DNA of 35,160 nucleotides from an uncultured Myxococcaceae bacterium. Its GTDB lineage: Bacteria; Myxococcota; Myxococcia; Myxococcales; UBA5297. How positions within the stretch are numbered: the first letter of the stretch is position 1; each line of letters begins with the position of its first letter. The translations under genes were made by a program, and so were the position numbers. Shown here in pieces: positions 8,801-16,937 of this stretch. The DNA lies in the NCBI GenBank assembly GCA_964485035.1, contig CAZAIE010000001.1, positions 1 to 35,160 on the forward strand, written 5' to 3'. The notes beneath the pieces are model-generated. The model saw nothing but the letters and a program-made list of their open reading frames with translations. It was not told the origin of the DNA and ran no database searches.

Positions 8801-9075
8801 AAGCCCGGGGCCTTCTCGATGGCGGTCACCTCCAGGATGCCGATCCCCAGGTTCTTCACCACGACCTTGCGCTCGACCCGCGTATCGACGAGCTGCGGCC
8901 CCCACTCGAGGGTCGTGGTCTCGACCTCACGCTTCCCGTCGATGGCGTCGTGCTCGATGATGGCGCCGCGCCCCTGAGCAGTCACAACAGGTGGATCGCC
9001 TTCGCATCCCTCGCAGCCGACGAGCAAGAGAAGCCCCGCGATCGCGGAAATAGCCAACCACTTGTTGTGGCGCAT
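5830..9075 (-). CDS. Large lipoprotein (1081 aa) with about six ASH/choice-of-anchor-D-like Ig modules and a C-terminal von Willebrand factor A (vWA) domain
   Basis: Complete ORF. N-terminus MRHNKWLAISAIAGLLLLVGC has a lipobox (LVGC). GGGAG lies 6 nt upstream of the ATG. The module hallmark x-DFG-x-V recurs (VDFGSVALG, LLDFGYV, RLDFGSVAV, VNFGNVEPG, ELDFGVIQI). vWA MIDAS motif DVLFVIDSSGSMS at residues about 788-800 (vWA roughly nt 6198-6720), followed by ...AVTTTG... and ...VVVSDAADQDD. Amino-acid composition is natural, unlike the overlapping shadow ORFs. Confidence 0.92.
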   Translation of the reverse strand: MRHNKWLAISAIAGLLLLVGCEGCEGDPPVVTAQGRGAIIEHDAIDGKREVETTTLEWGPQLVDTRVERKVVVKNLGIGILEVTAIEKAPGFDEVSFNYEITNFNLEAQQEQELTFYFEPKTDGAHTGVVRLKLAQSENTELVINLSGRGVKGGCVVTPVENVDFGSVALGTSFPMQVKIQNITELDWTVNVEGLIAESDKGTFSLTNFTPGKMLVPKHGDIVVPIEFKPNHVGPHQAALSISEPAMCAVVLPLIGQGVDQVLECEPKVLVKNPVTGQEKWECLLDFGYVNPSKDGKAKAPGEVTFKNLGNTPITVSGLGIEQESSKGNAFAKDDAEQVELVVEARQSAKVKLSFGPSVLGKHEAKLRFTSNDAKRPTGYFLLNGIGGGPAIEVQPTRLDFGSVAVDTFQRRRITIANVGTNVVGITDDNLKLMEPDSASAITCTKNTDCVNGNTCLRGLCWLEKRVVIEPSDSEFSVEWPPEGYAPTGLAAPCVNPGSCTGTEANQNADLRVKFAPKVPGRKLAQLKIFSNDPYAPVTVVPLEANGVTMPPCDYDVVPPQVNFGNVEPGKSLQLSFNIRNKSTNPADKCLVSTLGFARGTDPAFTLVKGPINDYEIEGGKSLEIPVRFSPKLARTYSGAVEFYISSKDAPEGRVALAGSAQTGCLLIAPNELDFGVIQINCNSRERVFTVYNVCSKDQIIESIDLQTGLSQEFHIIQKPRLPYTLAPGNSTDFKAKYAPTDMGDDQGSIALKTSQMVQPTVIPISGRGDTTAIQEDIFAQDPQPKVDVLFVIDSSGSMSDKQTNLGNNFDSFIKFAAAQQVDYHIAVTTTGVDEAHGGLTDSGDDLNGCFFKAPGNDDVITLETPNAETVFKQNVKVGTSGNYLELLIRPAYLALTNPNLTSCSKNFLRDEANLAIVVVSDAADQDDVPTSFYLNAFFTIKGFKRQNMFTFNGIVPKTGPVGSCSYDESDAHQNLRVSQVVQASAGVSDEICTPNWATTLEKLGQTAFGYRTRFFLSNVPDTANGQITITVDGVPYPEKGPYDDTRWSFNSAATAIDFDALSVPEPGSTIAVSYHVACLQ

Positions 9076-9206
9076 GTGTCACTCCCTCTGACGTGGCCTC
9101 GGTCGCCCCGTTGCCGGCCGGAAGATACAAGGCGCCCATTCTGGCGTCCGGGTGGGTGAGCGTCAAGCAACGAAAAAACCCGGGGTCTTGGCTTGCCGCT
9201 GTGCGG

Positions 9207-9226
9207 CTATACTCCCAGTCCGCATG
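9207..9226 (+). promoter_or_regulatory. -10-like TATACT hexamer 11 nt upstream of the HAD gene ATG (possible leaderless or short-leader promoter)
   Basis: ggcTATACTcccagtccgcATG. No Shine-Dalgarno sequence lies in between. The same TATACT-N9-ATG arrangement occurs on the minus strand at 28746-28761. Confidence 0.3.
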
Positions 9227-9829
9227 CATCCAAGAGCCCTGTTGTTCGACCTCGATGGTGTCCTCGTTCGCAGCGAAGAGGCGTGGTTTCGGTCGGTTGA
9301 GGCCGCTGGAAGTCGCTTCCGCGGCACCCCCGTGACTCGCTCCGAATTCACTCCCACTTTTGGCCAAGGCACCTCGGCCGACATCCGGGTCTTCGGCTTG
9401 CGATGCACTCCCGCCGAGCTCGATGAGCACTACGTCGAGACCTTTCCCTGCTACGCGGACTCCGTCTGGGTCAATCCCGACTCGGGGCCGCTCCTGCAGA
9501 CGCTGCGAGAGCGAGGGCATCGACTGGCGCTGGTGACCAACACCGTGTCGGCACTGGCCAGGGTGATCCTGGCGCAAGCGAAGCTGGCCTCGGCCTTCGA
9601 CGTGCTGGCCTGTGCAGACTTGGTTCCCAGGTCCAAGCCAGCGCCAGACCTGCTGCACTACGCCCTGGAAGGCCTGAAGGTGCCTGCGTCCGAAGCCTGG
9701 ATGATCGGCGACTCGCGTTACGACCGGGAGGCGGCTGCAGCAGCCCACGTCCACTTCGTAGGGCTGGGCCTCGATGGAGCCGCGCGAGTGGAGAAGCTGG
9801 GCGACCTCATGAAGCTCCTCGACCGATAG
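9224..9829 (+). CDS. HAD-superfamily hydrolase (phosphatase, subfamily IA-like)
   Basis: MHPRALLFDLDGVLVRSEE carries HAD motif I (DxDGVL). LVTNT matches motif II and K...GDSRYD matches motifs III/IV. I chose the internal ATG at 9224 over the track's longer 9152 start because the 24 extra residues look non-coding. Confidence 0.85.
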   Translation: MHPRALLFDLDGVLVRSEEAWFRSVEAAGSRFRGTPVTRSEFTPTFGQGTSADIRVFGLRCTPAELDEHYVETFPCYADSVWVNPDSGPLLQTLRERGHRLALVTNTVSALARVILAQAKLASAFDVLACADLVPRSKPAPDLLHYALEGLKVPASEAWMIGDSRYDREAAAAAHVHFVGLGLDGAARVEKLGDLMKLLDR

Positions 9830-9845
9830 GCCGAGTAACCTCCCA

Positions 9846-12353
9846 CTACACCGTGGTGAGCCGCTTCGACTCGCTGGGCTTCTCGGCCGGCTTCTCCTCG
9901 ACCTTCGGGACCTCGGCGAGCGCAGGACGGGAGCCGCCGCCCGGGACGGCCGCAGCAGGGTAGTCCGGACGCGTGTGGTAGATGCCGGTGAGGGTCCGGT
10001 AGAACGCCCGGGCGATCTCGTTGAGATCGCGCAGCGTGAGGTCGCACTCGTCGAGCTGACCGTCGGCGAAGATGCCGTTGATGATCTTCTGGACCAGCGC
10101 CTGCAGCTTTGCCGGGGTGGGCTCCTGCATCGCCCGGGAGCTGGCCTCGACCGCATCGGCGATCATCACCAGCGCGGTCTCGCGGGTCTGGGGCTTCGGG
10201 CCGCCGTAGCGGTACAGCCCTTCTTCCACGGGTGACGTGTCCGGCTTGCCTTCCAGGTCCTTGGTCGCCTTGTGGAAGAAGTAGCCGACCAGCCGCGTGC
10301 CGTGGTGCTGCGGGATGGCGTCGGCGACCTGCTTGGGCAACTTGTACTGCCGGGCCATCTCCATACCGTCGGTGACGTGGCGCTTGATGATGAGCGCGCT
10401 CATCTGCGGCGCGAGCTTGTCGTGGCGGTTGTCGCCGCGCTGGTTCTCGCCGAAGTAGAGCGGGTTCTTGCCCTTCCCGATGTCGTGGTAGTAGGCGCAC
10501 ACCCTGGCCAGCAGCGGGTTCGCGCCGATGGCCTCCGCGGCTGCCTCCACCAGGCTGCCGATGATGATCGAGTGGTGGTAGGTCCCCGGGGCCTGGACGA
10601 TGAGCTCCTTCAGCGCCGGGTGGTTCAGGTTCGCCAGCTCGAGCAGCTTGATGTCGGTCGTGTACCCGAACGCGGCCTCGACGAGCGGGGTCACGCCCAT
10701 GACCAGGATGGGCACCGCCAGCGCGCCACTGAGGAAGCCGCCCGCGCACCCCACCGCGACGCTCCAGCCGTTGGGCTTGTTGGTCAGCAGCGCGAAGCAG
10801 ATGACCGCGCACACGTTGGCGACGCCCGTGTAGAGCCCGGCCCGGAACAGCGCTGCCCGGTCGTTGGCGCGCGCCACCCGCGCCGAGGCGACCAGCGATC
10901 CCAAGAGCGCATAGAGCCCGAATTCCAGTGAGTTACCGACGAGAATGCCGACGAGACCCGAGAAGATGATGCTGAAGACCACCGCCGCCTCGGCCGTGAG
11001 CACGAAGCGGATGAGCATCGCCCCGGCGGCGAAGGGCGCGGCGTAGTAGAGAGCCTCTCCGCTGATCTGCGGGAAGCGGTCACGCAGGGCGTCGAAGATG
11101 GTGACGCTCAGGTTCACTAGCCCCAGCATCCCGACGACGGAGAAGGCCCCCAAGAGCGCGTCCTTCCGAGTCGGCCGGAACCGCCGCAGCGACGCCCGGG
11201 CGAACCCGTAGACGACCAGCACCACCAGCACTGCCACCAGGCCACCGCCGAGACGGACCAGCAGGCTCTCTTCGATCTTCGTCTGGCTGCGGATGGCACC
11301 GAAGATGACCAGATGCCGGTGCTCGATACGCTCGCCGTCGCCGATGATCTTCTCGCCCTTCTTGAGCTGGATGATCACCGGCTTCATGGAGTCCGACGCC
11401 GCCTGGCGCCGGCTCTCGGTCTCCTCGCGGTTGTAGCGGAGGTTGGCGCGCACCTCGCGGGAGGCGAGCATCGCCATCGCCCGGCGCAGCGACTGCGGCA
11501 GCTCGGTCGAGAGGTCGTTTGCCCAGCGCTCTGCGTCCTGCCGCACCTCAGCCTGGTCGCGGATGCCCGAGACGTCCGTGAGCACTTTCTCGCTCACCGT
11601 CTCGCCGCCGCTCTTCCGGCGCACGGTGATCCCCCGTCCGGAGGAGAGGGCAAGGGGCTCGCGGTACTCGGCGACCATCTGACCGGTCGCACGGGTGACC
11701 AGTCGCTCGGCCTCGCGTTGGATGTCCTCTCCGAAGCGGGCTTCGATGAAGGCCTTGAGTGCTTCGTCGTCGAGCTGCGTCTCCAAACGGCGATGCCACT
11801 CTTCCCGTCGCTCCAGCCAGACCTTCACCAGACCTTCAGGGACCTGGGACTCGTCTTTCCTGGCGGCTGGCCGCTTCTTGGGGTCCTCGGGGCGCGGCTC
11901 GACCTCGTGGGCCTTGAGCTTGACCTCCTCGGCCTTGCCGACCTCGCGCATGTACTGGAACGCCGAGCGGACCCGCTCGTGGGCCGACTCAGCGACCGTG
12001 ACGTCGTAGTCATAGACCGGCAGGACCGCGTCCCGGGCCTCGGCTCTCTTCCGGCGTGTGGTCTCCTCGTCAGGGATGTCGTAGTCGCGGGTCGCCTTGA
12101 CGACGGTGTTCGAGAACTGCCCGATGGAGTCGTCGCCGTACGGAATCCGCTGGCTGAAGAGCCCAGGGGTCAGGAGGTAGGCGCAGGCCAGCGCCACGAC
12201 GCCCAGGACCAGGAGGTTGGCGCCCCGGTTCAACCACCGCGCCCGGCGGTCAGCTTGGGAGGGCGGACGCTCCAGTGTGGGCTCGGTCTTCCCGGTCACT
12301 GGACCGGGTTTCGCGGCATCCCCTCTGGTGTCGTTCGGAGGCATGGCCCTCAA
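9846..12353 (-). CDS. pgpH: 7TM receptor with intracellular HD/HDIG phosphohydrolase domain (PgpH-like, candidate cyclic-di-AMP phosphodiesterase)
   Basis: 835-aa ORF: an N-terminal TM helix, a large charged extracytoplasmic domain, about 7 TM helices, then an HD domain (HHSIIIGSLVEAAAEAIG...YYHDIGKGKNPLYF...HHGT). The track start is TTG at 12353; ATG at 12344 is an equally plausible start. Confidence 0.88.
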   Translation of the reverse strand: MRAMPPNDTRGDAAKPGPVTGKTEPTLERPPSQADRRARWLNRGANLLVLGVVALACAYLLTPGLFSQRIPYGDDSIGQFSNTVVKATRDYDIPDEETTRRKRAEARDAVLPVYDYDVTVAESAHERVRSAFQYMREVGKAEEVKLKAHEVEPRPEDPKKRPAARKDESQVPEGLVKVWLERREEWHRRLETQLDDEALKAFIEARFGEDIQREAERLVTRATGQMVAEYREPLALSSGRGITVRRKSGGETVSEKVLTDVSGIRDQAEVRQDAERWANDLSTELPQSLRRAMAMLASREVRANLRYNREETESRRQAASDSMKPVIIQLKKGEKIIGDGERIEHRHLVIFGAIRSQTKIEESLLVRLGGGLVAVLVVLVVYGFARASLRRFRPTRKDALLGAFSVVGMLGLVNLSVTIFDALRDRFPQISGEALYYAAPFAAGAMLIRFVLTAEAAVVFSIIFSGLVGILVGNSLEFGLYALLGSLVASARVARANDRAALFRAGLYTGVANVCAVICFALLTNKPNGWSVAVGCAGGFLSGALAVPILVMGVTPLVEAAFGYTTDIKLLELANLNHPALKELIVQAPGTYHHSIIIGSLVEAAAEAIGANPLLARVCAYYHDIGKGKNPLYFGENQRGDNRHDKLAPQMSALIIKRHVTDGMEMARQYKLPKQVADAIPQHHGTRLVGYFFHKATKDLEGKPDTSPVEEGLYRYGGPKPQTRETALVMIADAVEASSRAMQEPTPAKLQALVQKIINGIFADGQLDECDLTLRDLNEIARAFYRTLTGIYHTRPDYPAAAVPGGGSRPALAEVPKVEEKPAEKPSESKRLTTV

Positions 12354-12380
12354 AGGAAACGCCGCGCGGCGGCGCGGCGA

Positions 12381-12402
12381 GGCGGATCGTGGCCGATCCG
12401 CC
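12381..12402. promoter_or_regulatory. Perfect 9-bp inverted repeat in the divergent pgpH / DUF721 intergenic region (candidate operator or hairpin)
   Basis: ggcggatcg-tggc-cgatccgcc, followed by ccccattttc. Confidence 0.3.
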
Positions 12403-12443
12403 CCCCATTTTCAACCTTCGCCGCCCTGCCCTCTTCCACGTCC

Positions 12444-12472
12444 TTGACGCAGCCCACCCACAAGGCGATACC
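12444..12472 (+). promoter_or_regulatory. Candidate sigma70-type promoter for the DUF721 gene
   Basis: TTGACG (12444-12449), a 17-nt spacer, then GATACC (12467-12472), with ATG at 12480 only 7 nt further on. This suggests a leaderless transcript. The -10 match is weak. Confidence 0.25.
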
Positions 12473-12479
12473 CGACCCA

Positions 12480-12779
12480 ATGGCGCGCTCCCACTTCGAG
12501 GACATGAAGGGTCCGCTCTCCCGGGCCCTACGCAAGGTCGCCGAGGCGGGTCCAGCCTCCGTGCTCGCTCCGGTCTGGGGCGAGGTCGTTGGCGCTGCCC
12601 TCTCCGAACGCTCTCGACCGGTCCTGCTCCAGGACGGCGTCCTCACCGTCGAGGCCGACCCGACGTTCATCGAGGACTTCGAGCGCGCCCGAGCGACCCT
12701 CCTCGAGCGGCTCAACGCTCGCCTGGGCCGCAACGCCGTCCGCACTCTCCGCTTCCTTCGCCAGGCAGGTCGCCGGTGA
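12480..12779 (+). CDS. DUF721 (DciA-like) small protein, 99 aa
   Basis: MARSHFEDMKGPLSRALRKV...LAPVWGEVVGAALSERSRPVLLQDGVLTVEADPTFIEDFERARATLLERLNARLG has the DUF721 shape (W..ivG......s.p..l..g.L.v.v.s..w..el). It is the natural-looking tail of the track ORF 11313..12779. Confidence 0.8.
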   Translation: MARSHFEDMKGPLSRALRKVAEAGPASVLAPVWGEVVGAALSERSRPVLLQDGVLTVEADPTFIEDFERARATLLERLNARLGRNAVRTLRFLRQAGRR

Positions 12780-13924
12780 CCCATGCCATCCTGTTCGCGC
12801 TGCTTCTCGGTGCCGCTCCGCCCCAAGCGACGTGCGACTCGCTGACCGACGAGCGAAGCGCCCTCGCCTCTTCGATCGTCCAGGCGTACCGGACGGCGAA
12901 GCAGGAAGCGCCCAGGGCCGACGAGATGCTGAGCCGCGCTGCGATGTTCCTGGCCGAGCAGGCCGTGCGGAGTTCAGTCCACGCTGCCACGGGCTCAGAG
13001 GCGCTGGGGAGGACCCTGTCCGCCGCGGGTGCGTGGGATCCGCCGCCGCGGGCGGTCGCGGTCCGGGCGACGCCGCCAGCGCACGCCTTCGCGACTCTCG
13101 GAGCGAGGAATGACCTGGCCTCCACCCCAGCCAGTCACTTCGGGCTGGGCTGCGCAACCAACGCCTCGGGGTCGGCGGTGGTCGTGGCGCTGTTCACCGA
13201 GCGCAAAGCCTGGCTCGAGCCGTTCCCCCGCGAGGTCGAGCCCGGAGTCGCGCAGATGCTCCGCGGCGAGCTGACCTTCCCGCGCTACGACGCGCAGGTC
13301 TTCGTCACCGGGCCCAAGGGCACCACCCGCCACCGCTCGCTCGCGACCGAGGCCCGGAACCGCTTCGCCGTCCGGGTCCCGTTCCCCGAGCCGGGTCGCT
13401 ACACCGTCGAGGTCGTCGCGCAGAGCGTGAAGGGTCCCGAGGTGGCCGCGCTGTTCCAGGTCCAGGCAGGGCCTGAGACGCCCTCGACTCCCCGCGCGGT
13501 CGACGCGCGCAGCGACCCCCTGGACGACGCCCAGGCGACGGCGGCGGTCCTCTCCGCCATCAATCACCGGCGGCGCGCCGCGGGGCTTGCGCCGCTCGCC
13601 AGGAGCAGCCTGCTGGACACCCTGGCCGCCGACCACTGCGCCGAGATGGCGAGGCTGGGCTACTTCGCCCACGTCTCGCCGATCCAGGGCGACGTCGCGG
13701 CGCGGGCCCGGAAGGCCGGGTTCCGCTACGTGCGCATCACCGAGAACCTGGGAGAGGCCTCCGGAGCGCTGGAGGCCCACCGATTGATCGAGGCGTCGCC
13801 GGGCCACCTCGCCAACGTGCTCGACCCCGGGGTGGAGCTGGCAGGCATCGGCGTCTCGCGGGTGCAGCGTGGCGGGCTGTCCAACGTCCTGGTGACCGAG
13901 GTCTTTGCCCGGCCTGCGCCCTGA
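12776..13924 (+). CDS. Secreted CAP/SCP (PR-1-like, YkwD-type) domain protein
   Basis: GTG at 12776 overlaps the upstream stop (GTGA), implying translational coupling. N-terminus (M)THAILFALLLGAAPPQATC resembles a signal peptide. C-terminal CAP domain: AVLSAINHRRRAAGLAPL...LAADHCAEMARLGYFAHVSP...ITENLG...SPGHLANVL. The part of the track ORF upstream of 12776 looks non-coding. Confidence 0.8.
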   Translation: MTHAILFALLLGAAPPQATCDSLTDERSALASSIVQAYRTAKQEAPRADEMLSRAAMFLAEQAVRSSVHAATGSEALGRTLSAAGAWDPPPRAVAVRATPPAHAFATLGARNDLASTPASHFGLGCATNASGSAVVVALFTERKAWLEPFPREVEPGVAQMLRGELTFPRYDAQVFVTGPKGTTRHRSLATEARNRFAVRVPFPEPGRYTVEVVAQSVKGPEVAALFQVQAGPETPSTPRAVDARSDPLDDAQATAAVLSAINHRRRAAGLAPLARSSLLDTLAADHCAEMARLGYFAHVSPIQGDVAARARKAGFRYVRITENLGEASGALEAHRLIEASPGHLANVLDPGVELAGIGVSRVQRGGLSNVLVTEVFARPAP

Positions 13925-13926
13925 GG

Positions 13927-16875
13927 GTGCTATCGTGTCCGCGTCTTCCGGACGATCGTGAGGCAGCGGTGGCGAGCGGTTCCCTGGTTCCAGGCGAGTG
14001 GGTCCCGAGCAGGCTGCTGCTGTACCGCGCGTTGCTCGCCTCGCCCTCCTTCGACCTCGCAGCCTGGGTCGACCCGCTGCTGATCGGCCTGCCCTTCCGC
14101 CTCGGTGAGTCCACGGCCGAAGCGACCATCCCCTTCGCCTTCGACGACGACTTCAACGACCTCGCCGAGGTCGCGGTGGACGACCTCGCCGACCTGTTGC
14201 GGCGCCGCCGCGATCCTCCACCTGCCGGACTCGACCTCGACGGCTCGGCCCGCCGGCTGCCCCCCGCGACCTCGTCCCTGGGCGGCTTCCCCGAGGGCTC
14301 GCTGGCCCTGCCCATCGCCGCGCGGGTGCTGCGCCTGGACGCTGGCTTGGACTGCGGAATCGTCGAGGGCTGGGTCCCGCGCGGCCATGGCGGTCCCCTG
14401 CTCGAGCGGCTCTCGGCGCTCTACGGACGGCTGCTCGAGGAGGACCTGCGCACGGGCGGGGGCGCGGCCCACCTCGCGCTCGGGCTCCTGGGAACGCTGG
14501 GCCACCTCGAGTCGAAGAAGGTCCGCGCCAAGGGGCTGGTCACCCGCGCCCTCACGCCGGAGAAGCTCGACCACACCCTCGGCGCCGCGCTCTTCGGCCT
14601 GGTCGAGGGAGCGCTCGAGCGGGCCCTCTGCTCACGCAGCGGGGTTCCCGCGGCGCTCGAGCTCCAGGCACGCGCCCTCCTCTGCCCCCTGGCCTTCGTC
14701 TCGACGCGGCAGAAGGCCATCCAGGCGGAGGTCAACGCCTGGGGCCTGCCGGAGTCGTTCGCCGAGGCCGCCGACCGGGTGTGGCTGGCGCTGCTCGAGG
14801 AGAACCCCAACCCGCGCGCCGCCGAGCAGCGCATCACCGCCGCCTTCCTCGACCTTCCCGAGCTGCGGGCGCGCGCCGCGAGCGCCGGGGCGATCCTGCT
14901 TGCCCGCAAGCGCGCCTTCGACTGGCTGGCCTGCTACGACGGCATCGACCCCGAGGTGAGCGCCGCAGTGGGCGCCTTCGCCCGCTCCGAGGCGACACTG
15001 TGCGCGACGCTGCAGGAGCCCAAGGGTCTGCTCCAGCGCCTGCAAAAGCTCTCGAAGAGCCTCAAGCCGGACGCCGCCGGTGACGCTGCCACCGCCGCGC
15101 TCGTCGAGAGCCTGCGCCGCGGGCCCGAGCGCGACGATGCGGTCCGGGAGGTCGCCGCGGCCTACGTGGTCCTGGCCTTCGACCGCGTGACCGTGGGAGC
15201 CATCGACCGGGCGCGCAGCCGCCTCAAGGACCGGCGCCTCGAGTACCCGCGCGAGCGGCTGGTCGCCGACTACCTCGCGGGCCGCCTGTACCGCCTCTCC
15301 GCCGACGGCAAGCCCATCCGCCGCGCGCTCTCGCGCAAGACGCAGGGCCACCTCTTCATCGACCTCAAGGGCTTCACACAAAGGACCTACCGCGCCAAGG
15401 AACTGGTGATGGCGGAGTTCTTGCGCACCGAGTTCTACGAGCCCATCCTCGCCGCGGCGGCGCGCCGGGCCGAGGGGCTGGGCGGCGAGCGGCTGCTGAC
15501 CCTGCAGAACCTGCTCGGCGACGCCGCGGTCTTCTCCGGCCAGATGCCGGCGCTCGTCGAGCTGGCCCAGGACATCCAGCGCGCGTGCCGGGCCTACGCC
15601 GAGAAGCTGCGCGCGCGCACCGGCTCCGACGGCCGCGACCTGGACGCACGCCGGGCTGAGGTCGAGACCCGGCTGCGCGGCGAGTTGGACCGGCTGCGAG
15701 GCGACGCGGCGATCATCGAACGAGAGATGCAGGCGCAGCGGGCCGCGCCTTCGGCCCAGCTCGAGCAGCAGCTCTTCGGCACCCTCGCCCAGCGGATCGC
15801 CGACCTCGACGCGCGCCGGCACGACGCCCTGCAGCGCGGCCGCATCCCCGACGCCCAGCGCGCCGAGGAGGCCGCCGCGGCGATACGCCAGCGCGAGAAG
15901 GACCTCTTCGCCCGCGTCGAGCCGCTGTTCGGGGCCGCGCGTGATCAGCTCATCGCCGACTTGGTCCTCGCCGAGGACCGCACGCGCCTGCGGGAACTCG
16001 AACGGCGCGCCGCGGAGACCCGTGCCTGGGCCCAGGGACAGCTCCGGGCGCTCGAGGAAGAAGCGCGCTCCACCCGGGGCGGCGGACTGGAGGCGGGACT
16101 CTTCATCACCTTCGGCGCCAACGCCGAGGTGGCCACCATGTCCGAGGCGAGCTTCGGGCCGGTGAAGGTGGCCATCGCCGAGAAGATCAACGAGGCGGCC
16201 CGCGGCACCGCCCGCAACGGCATCATCAAGAGCAAGCTCGACGCGCTGCTCGGACGCGCCCGCGCCCAGCGCAACAACCCGCGCCTCGACCTGCCCTTCC
16301 GCGTCTACGTGGACTCCGCGAGCAACCTGCTGCTCCCGACCGAGCTCACCGAGATGATCGACACGGCCGTGCGCGAGCGCGATCCGGGCAGGGCTCGAGA
16401 AGCCGCGCGCGGGGTCGCGGAGATGGTCCTGCGCGACCTCGCCCGGGCGATGGGCATGGGAGACGGCCAGCAGGCGGAGGCGCTGACCACGCTGAGCGAC
16501 ATCTACAACACCGGCGAGGCGCTCTCAGGGGAGGCCGCGGCGGCCTACCTCACGCAGACCGCGCCCGGGCGGGTGTGGTTCCGCAAGGTGCTCGCGACCG
16601 AGGACCTCGACCCCGAGTTCCACGAACTCTTCCTTTTCCTGCAGGACTCGCTCGAGCTGGCAATCTCAGTCCCGGCGGACGGCGACGCCGATCGGGCCAT
16701 CGTGTTCCGGCGCGCGGGGCAGGTGCAGTTCCGGGGCTTCGAGGCCAAGTCGCCGACGTCGGTCTGGGAGCTGCTGCGCGCCGACTCGCCGTTCGCGCTC
16801 TTGCTGGCCCAGAAGCACGTCCCGCTCTGGGCAGCCGAGGCACGAGAGCAGCCGCCGGGCGAGCTTCCGACCTGA
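13927..16875 (+). CDS. 982-aa cytoplasmic protein with divergent class III nucleotidyl-cyclase-like (palm) motifs split by a long probable coiled-coil insertion
   Basis: GTG lies 3 nt after the CAP gene stop. Natural composition over the whole length. Motifs: GHLFIDLKGFT (res 474-484, nt 15346-15378), LLGDAAVFSG (res 529-538), LEAGLFITFGANAEV (res 721-735), VKVAIAEKINEAARGT (res 746-761). Between the second and third motifs lies a charged heptad-like stretch of about 160 aa (RAEVETRLRGELDRLRGDAAIIEREMQAQ...LRALEEEARS). The exact start is uncertain. Confidence 0.85.
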   Translation: MLSCPRLPDDREAAVASGSLVPGEWVPSRLLLYRALLASPSFDLAAWVDPLLIGLPFRLGESTAEATIPFAFDDDFNDLAEVAVDDLADLLRRRRDPPPAGLDLDGSARRLPPATSSLGGFPEGSLALPIAARVLRLDAGLDCGIVEGWVPRGHGGPLLERLSALYGRLLEEDLRTGGGAAHLALGLLGTLGHLESKKVRAKGLVTRALTPEKLDHTLGAALFGLVEGALERALCSRSGVPAALELQARALLCPLAFVSTRQKAIQAEVNAWGLPESFAEAADRVWLALLEENPNPRAAEQRITAAFLDLPELRARAASAGAILLARKRAFDWLACYDGIDPEVSAAVGAFARSEATLCATLQEPKGLLQRLQKLSKSLKPDAAGDAATAALVESLRRGPERDDAVREVAAAYVVLAFDRVTVGAIDRARSRLKDRRLEYPRERLVADYLAGRLYRLSADGKPIRRALSRKTQGHLFIDLKGFTQRTYRAKELVMAEFLRTEFYEPILAAAARRAEGLGGERLLTLQNLLGDAAVFSGQMPALVELAQDIQRACRAYAEKLRARTGSDGRDLDARRAEVETRLRGELDRLRGDAAIIEREMQAQRAAPSAQLEQQLFGTLAQRIADLDARRHDALQRGRIPDAQRAEEAAAAIRQREKDLFARVEPLFGAARDQLIADLVLAEDRTRLRELERRAAETRAWAQGQLRALEEEARSTRGGGLEAGLFITFGANAEVATMSEASFGPVKVAIAEKINEAARGTARNGIIKSKLDALLGRARAQRNNPRLDLPFRVYVDSASNLLLPTELTEMIDTAVRERDPGRAREAARGVAEMVLRDLARAMGMGDGQQAEALTTLSDIYNTGEALSGEAAAAYLTQTAPGRVWFRKVLATEDLDPEFHELFLFLQDSLELAISVPADGDADRAIVFRRAGQVQFRGFEAKSPTSVWELLRADSPFALLLAQKHVPLWAAEAREQPPGELPT

Positions 16876-16937
16876 GGTCGGGATTGGTCCGATCCTGCCG
16901 CTTCGTTCGTCCAAACCAGACACTCGGCCAACGCGAA

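Noticed and set aside
13922-13929. Tight gene junctions (GTGA at 12776-12779, TGA-ggG-TG at 13922-13929, ATGA at 21609-21612) as something unusual
   Set aside because: These are ordinary translational-coupling overlaps within operons. I recorded them as evidence for operon structure, not as findings.
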